Virus record (IMG/VR): IMGVR_UViG_3300034106_001935
DNA from: an uncultured virus (IMG/VR IMGVR_UViG_3300034106_001935)
Lineage: Duplodnaviria; Heunggongvirae; Uroviricota; Caudoviricetes
Strand: one strand, 5' to 3'
DNA: 64,000 bases
Below are positions 27,119 to 35,929 of the stretch, piece by piece (within the stretch, counting starts at the first letter, position 1; each line of letters opens with the position of its first letter). The notes beneath the pieces are model-generated. The model ran no database searches. It saw only the letters and a program-made list of their open reading frames with translations, and had not been told where the DNA came from. The translations under genes were made by a program, and so were the position numbers.

Positions 27119-28517
27119 TAGTGATATGCAGTTGTTGTTTTTGCGTATGATGGTTACAAACGCAGAACTGTATACACGGGTCATGAATATCATGAACCCA
27201 AGTAATTTTGACCGCAAATTAAAACCTGTAGCAGAATTTTTAGTAGAGCATAGCAAAAAATATAACATTATGCCCGACCCTGCGCAGGTAAAGGCATCAA
27301 CAGGAGTTGAAGTTGAAAACATTTCAGAACTTGATGATGGGCACTATCAGTGGTTTCTAGATGAATTTGAACAATTCACTAAACGACAAGAACTTGAAAG
27401 AGCGATTCTTAAATCAGCAGACTTACTTGAAAAGGGTGAGTATGGTCCTGTAGAAAAACTAATCAAAGACGCCGTGCAGATTAGTCTACAGAAAGATATG
27501 GGTACAGATTACTTTGCTGATCCTAGAGCACGATTGATGGCATTGAAATCTAACAATGGACAGAATAGCACTGGCTGGCCTAGTATGGATCAGAAATTAT
27601 ATGGTGGTTTCAATCGCGGTGAACTTCAAATTTTTGCAGGTGGCTCAGGATCAGGCAAGAGTTTGTTCATGCAGAATTTAGCAGTTAACTGGGCACAAGC
27701 AGGATTAAACGGTGTGTATGTAACACTAGAACTTAGTGAGGGCTTGTGTAGTATGCGTATTGATAGTATGATGACAGATACAAGCAGCCGTGAAATCTTC
27801 AAAGACATTGACAATGTTGAAATGAAGGTCAAGATGCTACAAAAGAAAGCAGGTGGCTTGCGAATCAAATATATGCCTGCTCAAAGTACAGTAAATGATT
27901 TAAGAGCATATTGTAAAGAACTTCAAATTCAAACAGGTTTGAGACTTGACTTTTTGTGTGTAGACTATTTGGACTTGCTCATGCCTGTCAGCGCAAAGGT
28001 CAGTCCTTCAGACTTGTTTGTGAAAGACAAATATGTATCGGAAGAGTTGCGTAACTTGGCTAAAGAATTAAATGTATTATTTGTCACAGCAAGTCAGTTG
28101 AACCGTAGTGCTGTAGAAGAAATTGAATTTGATCATAGTCATATCTCAGGTGGTATTTCAAAGATTAACACAGCAGATAATGTGTTCGGTATCTTTACTT
28201 CTAGGTCTATGCGTGAGCGTGGACAGTATCAATTACAGTTAATGAAAACCCGTAGTAGTTCGGGTGTGGGACAAAAGATTGAGTTGGAATTTAATGTAGA
28301 AACATTAAGAATTACGGATCCTAATCCTGACGCAAATACTTACAAAGCTCCGCAACCTAGTCCCAATGATCTAATGAATAGGCTTAAAACTCAGAGTACA
28401 GTAGTTTCAGAAACTGTAGATCCAAACACAGGCGAAATTCAGCCTGAAACTAAGAAAGTGGTCGCTGATGTAGGAAGTGCAAAACTCAAGGCCCTATTAA
28501 ATTCGCTCAAAAAATAA
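27102..28517 (+). CDS. gp41: Replicative DnaB-like helicase (gp41-like)
   Basis: GGSGSGKS, TLELSE, VDYLDL, TASQLNR. Confidence 0.9.
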   Translation: MSTEYNSDMQLLFLRMMVTNAELYTRVMNIMNPSNFDRKLKPVAEFLVEHSKKYNIMPDPAQVKASTGVEVENISELDDGHYQWFLDEFEQFTKRQELERAILKSADLLEKGEYGPVEKLIKDAVQISLQKDMGTDYFADPRARLMALKSNNGQNSTGWPSMDQKLYGGFNRGELQIFAGGSGSGKSLFMQNLAVNWAQAGLNGVYVTLELSEGLCSMRIDSMMTDTSSREIFKDIDNVEMKVKMLQKKAGGLRIKYMPAQSTVNDLRAYCKELQIQTGLRLDFLCVDYLDLLMPVSAKVSPSDLFVKDKYVSEELRNLAKELNVLFVTASQLNRSAVEEIEFDHSHISGGISKINTADNVFGIFTSRSMRERGQYQLQLMKTRSSSGVGQKIELEFNVETLRITDPNPDANTYKAPQPSPNDLMNRLKTQSTVVSETVDPNTGEIQPETKKVVADVGSAKLKALLNSLKK

Positions 28518-28540
28518 TCTAGATACTAGATAAATACTAG

Positions 28541-28792
28541 ATGCAAAAGAAAACCCGTAGCCTATTAGAAGAATTAGAGTCCATTGGCAGTAATCGTGAC
28601 ATGTCACATATTATTGAAAATAGGGCTCATAATATCATTACCAGTGCTATTAATTTACTAGAACTTATTAATAGACATTACGATAAAGATAAGTCTGAGG
28701 TTTTAGAAAGAAAACTTTTGAATGCTATAAAAAGCAGAGACCAAAACCGTTTTTCAAAATCATTAAAGAAAACTAAAGAACAAGACGAATAA
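28541..28792 (+). CDS. Hypothetical late protein
   Basis: ATAAATA 4 nt upstream of ATG. Confidence 0.7.
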   Translation: MQKKTRSLLEELESIGSNRDMSHIIENRAHNIITSAINLLELINRHYDKDKSEVLERKLLNAIKSRDQNRFSKSLKKTKEQDE

Positions 28793-28793
28793 T

Positions 28794-29951
28794 ATGAACT
28801 TATCGGAATCTTTATCTAAATTGACAGACAGGCTAAAGGATTTGGATTCTTTAGTCTTTGAGGCAAAGGGTCATTTAGACCATCCTGAGGATCTGGTATT
28901 TTTAGGTGGAAGTGACGGCGCCAATCAAGCTGTAGATGCAATTGTAAACACCGTTAAAAATCCCAAAGCAATTACAATTAAATGGGACGGATATCCTGCA
29001 TTGATATTCGGGCGTGGTTCTGATGGGAAGTTTTCTATCATGGACAAGCATATGTTCAACAAAAAAGACGGGTCCGGTAGAGCAATCTACAGCCCTAGTC
29101 AGTTTGTCAAATATGACAGTGATAGGGGAGTAGATAGAAGTCAGTTACATCAACTAATTGGTGAGATATGGTCTGGGTTAGAAAAGTCAACCCCGGGTAA
29201 GGGCTATTACTGGGGAGACTTATTGTTTAGTCAACCGTTAAAACCCAGCAATGATGGATTATATCATTTTAAAGCTAATCCAAACGGTATAGAATACACA
29301 GTAGATCCTGATAGTGAAATTGGAAAAGAATTAACAAACAAAACAGCAGGAATTGTAGTTCATCAATATATTCCCGAGGGAGCTATCACAACCGATCAGG
29401 CTACTCCATTAAATGGTACTATAGGTAATTTAAAGAACGCAAGTGATGTAGCGATTGTTCCTGCTAAGATGCCCATGACTCCTGATCTTAGAGTAGATCC
29501 TAAATTGATTAGAAATGCACAAGCTGAGATTACCAAGTATGGACCTGCTGTAGATAAACTAATGAGTACAGCCCCTCAGGCTGCTAGCGCATTTCAAAAC
29601 TTGTTCACTACCTACATAAACAAAAAAATAGTTAGTAAAAATTTAAGTAATTTGTATGACGGGTTTATGGAATACTTTGAAAGTAGACCCATGACAGATA
29701 ATATGCGTACTAAATTGACACAGCATATTGAAGCTAATAAAGAAGGCTTGTTGGGTGCATTTAGAATTTGGATAGCATTATACAACTTAAAAATGGCTGT
29801 AGTTCAGCAACTAAACAAAGCCGCTGAATCTGCTCCTGTACAGGGTTACCTACAAGACGGTACTAGAACCCAAGAAGGATTCGTCAGTCAGGGCTTGAAA
29901 TTTGTAGATAGAATGGGCTTTTCAGCACAAAATTTAGCCGGAAGAACCTAA
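28794..29951 (+). CDS. Putative covalent nucleotidyltransferase (RNA ligase-like fold)
   Basis: HLDHPED, KWDG (motif I), WGDLLF, EGFV, LKFVDR. Confidence 0.55.
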   Translation: MNLSESLSKLTDRLKDLDSLVFEAKGHLDHPEDLVFLGGSDGANQAVDAIVNTVKNPKAITIKWDGYPALIFGRGSDGKFSIMDKHMFNKKDGSGRAIYSPSQFVKYDSDRGVDRSQLHQLIGEIWSGLEKSTPGKGYYWGDLLFSQPLKPSNDGLYHFKANPNGIEYTVDPDSEIGKELTNKTAGIVVHQYIPEGAITTDQATPLNGTIGNLKNASDVAIVPAKMPMTPDLRVDPKLIRNAQAEITKYGPAVDKLMSTAPQAASAFQNLFTTYINKKIVSKNLSNLYDGFMEYFESRPMTDNMRTKLTQHIEANKEGLLGAFRIWIALYNLKMAVVQQLNKAAESAPVQGYLQDGTRTQEGFVSQGLKFVDRMGFSAQNLAGRT

Positions 29952-30030
29952 CCAAAACCAACATTTTTTTGTGCCAGGCATAAATACTATCATGCAACAG
30001 TAGGTTGCAACTTATTTAAGGAATATTAAA

Positions 30031-30399
30031 ATGGCACAATTTACAAAAGTTAACGGCGACTTTCAACCAGTCATCAACTATGACTCTCCAGCATATACCA
30101 ACAATGGCTTAAACGCAGTTGTTTCTGGTGCAACAGTTCAACCACAAGGTCCTAAGCTAGAGTTCTTCACTCTAACCAAGGACACAGGTGCATTCAGCAC
30201 AGCAAACGTTGCTACAATCGTTCAGACTGTTCAGCAATTAGCTACAATCTATATCTATGAGTATACAGACGCTTCTGACGATACATTCGCAATGGCTGTA
30301 TATCCAGTTGGTGCATGGACAGCAGCAACATTAGATACCGCTGTAACAGCAGCTGGTATTGCAGTAACAGTAGCTGCAAGTGCTACATTCACAAACTAA
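30031..30399 (+). CDS. Probable virion structural protein
   Basis: Late promoter at 29980, AAGGA RBS, Ala/Thr-rich, own terminator. Confidence 0.65.
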   Translation: MAQFTKVNGDFQPVINYDSPAYTNNGLNAVVSGATVQPQGPKLEFFTLTKDTGAFSTANVATIVQTVQQLATIYIYEYTDASDDTFAMAVYPVGAWTAATLDTAVTAAGIAVTVAASATFTN

Positions 30400-30415
30400 T
30401 CTTTTAGTTTGACAC

Positions 30416-30446
30416 AAAAACCCGAGAATTATTCTCGGGTTTTTTT
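30416..30446 (+). terminator. Rho-independent terminator
   Basis: AAAAACCCGAGAAT-T-ATTCTCGGGTTTTTTT. Confidence 0.85.
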
Positions 30447-30463
30447 ACCTCATAAATATCTTC

Positions 30464-30916
30464 ATGAGCCATAGGATGATTTGCTATACATTATTTGATA
30501 TTACTCAAACAGGGGTGTCAAATAGGTCCAAACCACCTGAAGATCACATTGAAGAATGGAAGTCAAAAAGAAATTCTCAATGCAACCTAGATACCATCTT
30601 GCAGGTAATCTCATTAAGATCACAGCCTGAACAAATATCGGTACCTAAAAAATTTGATTTAAAATTAAACGAAGTTGAATATTTTGGGTTTTTACTATCT
30701 GAACAAGAAACAGTTTCTGTACCCTGCTGGACATTTAATTTTTCTGTACAACATCCCAGTGTATTTTATAATGGTATAACTGAATTAGGGGCATTATATA
30801 ATGATTGTCATGGAGTGCCGATGTTGTTGTCGGGAAACGAATATCCAAAAACTAACAATTTTTTGGATTCAACTCCTGAACTTAGAAACATTTATTTTAG
30901 TATTGTAAATGAATAA
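30464..30916 (+). CDS. Hypothetical protein
   Basis: TLFDIT.TG motif; ATAAATA 5 nt upstream. Confidence 0.7.
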   Translation: MSHRMICYTLFDITQTGVSNRSKPPEDHIEEWKSKRNSQCNLDTILQVISLRSQPEQISVPKKFDLKLNEVEYFGFLLSEQETVSVPCWTFNFSVQHPSVFYNGITELGALYNDCHGVPMLLSGNEYPKTNNFLDSTPELRNIYFSIVNE

Positions 30917-31388
30917 AAACATAGAAACAAAGGTAACAAATTTTTTCATCCGAGAAATGAACTCGGTTACTGGAGATTTATCCATCTTTAAAAATGAAGA
31001 TGGAAATTATGAGTTGTTTAACCGATATAAAATAACTAGAATAGATTCTAATCTATTTGAAGTTATCGGATTATATGGAGATTCTAAATCAATCTTTTCA
31101 AACCTTAAAAATGCAGTTACCTGGTGCATCTATGAAAAGCGTAAAAAATGGCAGATTTCTAACAGAGTAGCAGAACTGGATGCTAAAATATCCGGACTTG
31201 AAGTTTCTATGTCTATTATTAAAAGATTAATAGCAAAAGAAAACAATTTAGATGCAAAGTTTTTGCATATGATAAAGCTTAATGAAGAAAAACTCAAAAG
31301 AAAGACTATGCTGGCGGAACTAGAAGGTTACTCAGCAACCGCTAAATTCCATCAGTATAATACTCTTTACTTAAAAGACCAAAAATAA
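30909..31388 (+). CDS. Hypothetical protein
   Basis: 159-aa overlapping ORF. Confidence 0.65.
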   Translation: MNKNIETKVTNFFIREMNSVTGDLSIFKNEDGNYELFNRYKITRIDSNLFEVIGLYGDSKSIFSNLKNAVTWCIYEKRKKWQISNRVAELDAKISGLEVSMSIIKRLIAKENNLDAKFLHMIKLNEEKLKRKTMLAELEGYSATAKFHQYNTLYLKDQK

Positions 31389-31431
31389 ATTCATTAAAGA
31401 TAAATACATTATAACATTTTGGAAAACCACT

Positions 31432-32136
31432 ATGAAATTAACAGATTTTGATAAAAAAGACTATGCTGCTAAAGCACTTAAAGAAAACTATAAAGTTTCT
31501 TTTGATGTGTCAAAAATGACATTACCTGAAGTAAAAATGATGTTGCAAAAGGTAAGAGCTTTGGCAATGGAAGCTAAACAAGACAAAGACTTTTACACAG
31601 AAAGTTCAAAGCCTTCATACATGAAACTAGTGTTCATGGAGCAGGCACTTGTTAGTCATCACAATGAACTAATGGCAAGACCACAACCTCGTATCGTTAT
31701 TGAAAACGAAGAAGTTGAAAAGTCTCAAGTTGTTTTAGCGGCACAAGACATGGTTGACAGCATTCAAAAAATGGTTGAAGATGTCAGTGACATGTTAGTT
31801 AAAGAATTGCCTGCTTTAGTTAATAGCATTCAATCTGAAATGGGTGTTAACGAAAGCGAACAATTCAACAATCAAGCCACAGAAGCATTGACTTCTCTAC
31901 AAACCGCACTTAGCCAATCAAAGGCTTCTATGCAAGGTGCATTGAATACAATCACAGGTCAAGGTGCACAACCTGATGCATTTGCCGCTCCTGATATGGG
32001 AGCAGATATGGGATCTGAAGAAGAGGTTGACCTTGATGTGTCCGACGATGAAATGGCAGAATTACCTGAGCCAGACTTAGAGCCTGAAGAGCCAGAAGTT
32101 GGTCCAGTCGGAGGCGCTGGTAGAGAAAAGCGTTAA
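31432..32136 (+). CDS. Coiled-coil acidic late protein (possible prohead core/scaffold-like)
   Basis: Late promoter at 31400; helical body, acidic tail. Confidence 0.6.
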   Translation: MKLTDFDKKDYAAKALKENYKVSFDVSKMTLPEVKMMLQKVRALAMEAKQDKDFYTESSKPSYMKLVFMEQALVSHHNELMARPQPRIVIENEEVEKSQVVLAAQDMVDSIQKMVEDVSDMLVKELPALVNSIQSEMGVNESEQFNNQATEALTSLQTALSQSKASMQGALNTITGQGAQPDAFAAPDMGADMGSEEEVDLDVSDDEMAELPEPDLEPEEPEVGPVGGAGREKR

Positions 32137-32137
32137 T

Positions 32138-32461
32138 ATGCGTATATTTGAATTGGATCAAATTGATCCTAGAGCGACCGCACTAGCTGCGGTCACTGAC
32201 CAATTAAAATCCGATTTAGATGCCGGTGACATTTCACCTGAAATGTCACTGGAAGAACTATTAAAGTACCTACGCAAGTACGATATTTCATTGAGTAATC
32301 AAGATTTATACAATATGATTAAGAGACCACCCTTAAACAAATTGATTTCTAATATCAAGGGTGATCAAGTTATATTTAAAGGGTACGATTTAGGAGTATC
32401 TGCACCTGTTGACCAACAAAAGAAAGTTGTTCAACAAATGGCTAAAAGAGCCATTAAGTAA
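32138..32461 (+). CDS. Hypothetical protein
   Basis: ATG 1 nt after previous stop (track start 32099 unlikely). Confidence 0.65.
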   Translation: MRIFELDQIDPRATALAAVTDQLKSDLDAGDISPEMSLEELLKYLRKYDISLSNQDLYNMIKRPPLNKLISNIKGDQVIFKGYDLGVSAPVDQQKKVVQQMAKRAIK

Positions 32462-32505
32462 CCTTTTTTGTTGCAATCTGTTCATGAAAGCATTACAATT
32501 TCCTA

Positions 32506-33189
32506 ATGCTTACTCAAAAATTTAATTACACAGCGATCAACCGCGAAAACATAGATGGCGCCCGTAAATACGCCACACCTGACGGTGAAAAGCTTCCAAG
32601 CGTTACTACGATTTTAGATGCAACAAAACCAGAGGAAGCAAAAAAAGCTTTGCGTGAATGGCGTCAACGGGTCGGTGAAAAGCAAGCGCAAGCTATAACT
32701 ACTGAGGCAGCGGGCCGCGGAACTCGCATGCATAAGTGGATTGAAGATTATATTAAGACTGGTGAACTGGGGACGCCCGGTTCTAATCCATATAGCATTC
32801 AAAGTCATCAAATGGCTCAATCTATCATTAATCAAGGACTTATCAAGTGTAATGAGTTTTGGGGCACAGAAGTATCATTATACTTTCCTAAAATATACGC
32901 AGGAACTACCGACTTAGTGGGCGTACATGATGGCAGTCCTGCTATCATGGATCACAAGCAATCTAACAAATTAAAGAAGCGCGAGTGGATTGAGGATTAC
33001 TTCTTACAATTAGTAGCCTATGCTAATGCACACAACGAAGTACACGGTACTAACATACGCAAGGGTGTTATTTTTATGTGTACAGCAGACAACATTTACC
33101 AAGAATTCATTGTTGAGGGTAATGAATTTGATCAATGGACAGATAAGTGGTTTAAACGGGTAGAAGAATATTACATGAAGTTTGTCTAA
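32506..33189 (+). CDS. PD-(D/E)xK exonuclease (phage exonuclease/Cas4-like)
   Basis: PSVTTIL, GTRMH, YAGTTD, IMDHKQS, YFLQ..AYA. Confidence 0.85.
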   Translation: MLTQKFNYTAINRENIDGARKYATPDGEKLPSVTTILDATKPEEAKKALREWRQRVGEKQAQAITTEAAGRGTRMHKWIEDYIKTGELGTPGSNPYSIQSHQMAQSIINQGLIKCNEFWGTEVSLYFPKIYAGTTDLVGVHDGSPAIMDHKQSNKLKKREWIEDYFLQLVAYANAHNEVHGTNIRKGVIFMCTADNIYQEFIVEGNEFDQWTDKWFKRVEEYYMKFV

Positions 33190-33231
33190 AGAAATTTGAT
33201 AAATAAGTGTAATAACCTAAAGATTACACTT

Positions 33232-35526
33232 ATGGCAATTGTACAGATATCAAAAATCCAAACAAGATCAGGGAACTTAGTTGATTTACCTCAACTTGAT
33301 GAAGGCGAACTGGGCTGGGCTACGGATGCAAAAAGACTTTTTATTGGTAAAACTACACCCAACGAAAATATTGAAGTACTGACTTCATATTCTAATATAG
33401 ATTTCAGTCAAATTGAAGGTTCGTACGGTAATCTCAACATTAGCATTAGTAATGCTAATGTTGCAGCGAATAGTGTGGGAGAAGTATTAGCATTTGATGG
33501 CAATAATTGGATCAATGCTGGAGGCAATGCAGGTGGACTAATCAATTTAGGCACCGTTTCAAATGTTAAAATCGGTGGCGGAGCAATCGGTTATGTCCTT
33601 GAAACTGACGGCACTGGTAACTTAAGTTGGACACCTAAGGGAACTATTAGAGCTAATGTTATTGGCTTGACCCGAGACACATCCAATTCGTTTGGTATAT
33701 TGGCAAATGCTGTGATTATGCGTGTTGCTAACACTACACCATATACCAATGGTGCAGCAGTAACCATTTCAGGTGTAAATGGTGTCAGTAATTCATCAAT
33801 TAACTCAAGTACATTTTATGTGAAGTTGGCAACCGATTTTCCAACTTCAGGAAATACAATACTATTCACAACAAGTGATTTAGTTTCTGCGAATGCTTTT
33901 ACTTTAGGTTCTCTGACATATACAAATAGTCCAAATGCTATTGCTGTTACTGACCTAAGTGGAGGTGGCGGTGGTGTTGCAGGCGGAGCAAACAGCACCG
34001 TTCAATATAATTCTAGTAATATTTCAAGTGGTAGCGCAAACTTTACATATAACTCAGTTACAAATGTTTTAACTTTAACTGGTAATGCTAATGTAGGAAA
34101 TTTGAATAGTACAAGTTTAGTGACAGCTTCTAGATTTATATCTAATGTGTCTACGGGTACAACACCATTACAAGTATCATCAACCACTCGCGTTCCTAAC
34201 TTAAATGTAAGCTATTCCAATGTTTCAGATTTTGTCAACATAACAACCTCTACTACAGGAACACAGTATGTGTTGCTTTCAAATGCATTAACAGGAAATG
34301 TTTCCGAAAGTGCTAACGCTAATTTAACATTTAATTCTGCAACTGGTAATTTAGGTGCAACATTATTAAATGTTACATCAAACGCTAATGTAGGAAATTT
34401 AGGAACTAGTGGATTAATTGTTGCTACCGGTAATATCACTGGTGGAAACCTTGTTACAGCTGGCAATGCTTCTATAACAGGTAATGTATCTGCGGGAAAC
34501 ATTTCAGCAACATTATTAACAGGCACATTAGCAACTGCGGCCCAACCAAATATTACATCAGTAGGTACATTAACAGGGTTAGGTGTTAATGGAACAGTTA
34601 CCGCTGCAAACTTTACAGCAAATACAGGTATATTTACAGGCAATGGTTCGGGCTTGACTAATCTTGCAGGTGGAAATATATCTGGACAAGTAGCAAATGC
34701 TCTTGTTGCGGGTACAGTATATACCAATGCCCAACCTAATATTACTAGCGTAGGCACATTAACATCATTGGGTGTAAATGGAAATATAACAGCAGCTAAC
34801 ATTACAGCAAATACAGGTGTCTTTACAGGAAATGGTAGTGGATTAAGTCAGCTGGCAGGAGCAAATGTTACCGGAACGGTCGCTAATGCAGCATACGCCA
34901 CTAGTGCAGGCTCAGCAACGACAGCCACATCAGCAACGACAGCCACATCAGCAACGTCAGCTACATCAGCAACGACTGCAGGCACAGTTACAACAAACGC
35001 ACAACCAAACATCACAAGCGTAGGTACATTAACTTCTTTAACTGTTGGTAGCAATGGAGCATTAACAACTACAAACTTAACAGCAGGATCAAATGTAACT
35101 CTTGGTTACATTACCGGAAATTGGACATTAACTTCTGGATCAAGGCTTAATGCAACATACGCTGACTTGGCAGAATACTATGAAGCTGACCAGCACTATG
35201 AACCCGGAACAGTTTTAGAGTTCGGCGGAGAGAAAGAAGTAACTGTTGCCGAAGATGCTACGATTCGTGTTGCGGGTGTAGTGTCAACTGATCCTGCATA
35301 CGCAATGAATACAGGATGTAAAGGTATTGCAGTTGCTATAGCACTTCAAGGTCGTGTTCCGGTAAAAGTTCGTGGCATTGTATCTAAAGGTGATATGATG
35401 ATTAGCGGTGGTAATGGATATGCTAGACCCTGTAACTCTCCAGTAATGGGGTCAGTTATCGGCAAAGCACTAGAAAACTTTGACGGAATCGAAGGCGTCA
35501 TTGAAGTTGCTGTCGGAAGATTATAA
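33232..35526 (+). CDS. Tail fibre/spike-like protein with AQPNITSVGTL repeats and a C-terminal chaperone-like domain
   Basis: MAIVQISKIQ.R.G..LPQL..GELGW start; YADLAEYY..GRVPVKV..GKALE end. Confidence 0.75.
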   Translation: MAIVQISKIQTRSGNLVDLPQLDEGELGWATDAKRLFIGKTTPNENIEVLTSYSNIDFSQIEGSYGNLNISISNANVAANSVGEVLAFDGNNWINAGGNAGGLINLGTVSNVKIGGGAIGYVLETDGTGNLSWTPKGTIRANVIGLTRDTSNSFGILANAVIMRVANTTPYTNGAAVTISGVNGVSNSSINSSTFYVKLATDFPTSGNTILFTTSDLVSANAFTLGSLTYTNSPNAIAVTDLSGGGGGVAGGANSTVQYNSSNISSGSANFTYNSVTNVLTLTGNANVGNLNSTSLVTASRFISNVSTGTTPLQVSSTTRVPNLNVSYSNVSDFVNITTSTTGTQYVLLSNALTGNVSESANANLTFNSATGNLGATLLNVTSNANVGNLGTSGLIVATGNITGGNLVTAGNASITGNVSAGNISATLLTGTLATAAQPNITSVGTLTGLGVNGTVTAANFTANTGIFTGNGSGLTNLAGGNISGQVANALVAGTVYTNAQPNITSVGTLTSLGVNGNITAANITANTGVFTGNGSGLSQLAGANVTGTVANAAYATSAGSATTATSATTATSATSATSATTAGTVTTNAQPNITSVGTLTSLTVGSNGALTTTNLTAGSNVTLGYITGNWTLTSGSRLNATYADLAEYYEADQHYEPGTVLEFGGEKEVTVAEDATIRVAGVVSTDPAYAMNTGCKGIAVAIALQGRVPVKVRGIVSKGDMMISGGNGYARPCNSPVMGSVIGKALENFDGIEGVIEVAVGRL
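34912..34980 (+). repeat. 9/18-bp tandem repeat encoding SATTATSATTATSATSATSATTA
   Basis: TCAGCAACGACAGCCACA twice plus 9-bp variants. Confidence 0.8.
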
Positions 35527-35538
35527 TAGGAAAATAAA

Positions 35539-35826
35539 ATGGCATCAGCAATTTACACAGCAAATGGTACAAGTCAACTAACAGCAGTAGCAACTACTGA
35601 TAAAGTGCGTATTGCTACAACAACATCAGCAATCGCGGTAGCGGTAGGTAACTCTAGTGTTACTGCTAATCTAACAACAGGTGAGATCATTCCTGCAAAC
35701 ACAGTAGACAACAACTTTTTAGTTGGACAAGGTAATTACATAGCATATATTAACGTAGCCGGTACAGCAGGTGCATTTAGTGTTAGTACATTAGGTATGA
35801 ATCACGCTAATACCGGCACAGAATAA
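35539..35826 (+). CDS. Small structural protein
   Basis: AGGA RBS; Ala/Thr/Asn-rich. Confidence 0.65.
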   Translation: MASAIYTANGTSQLTAVATTDKVRIATTTSAIAVAVGNSSVTANLTTGEIIPANTVDNNFLVGQGNYIAYINVAGTAGAFSVSTLGMNHANTGTE

Positions 35827-35929
35827 TACTTATTATTGATAAATACATTATACACTCTCATTCGGAGAGTTTATGCAGTAACCCACTGCGTAGCGGCTAG
35901 AACCCGCTAATTTTACAAAGGAAAAACAA

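Noticed and set aside
32506..33189. cas4 as part of a CRISPR system
   Set aside because: Lacks the Fe-S cysteine set and any array; fits a common phage exonuclease
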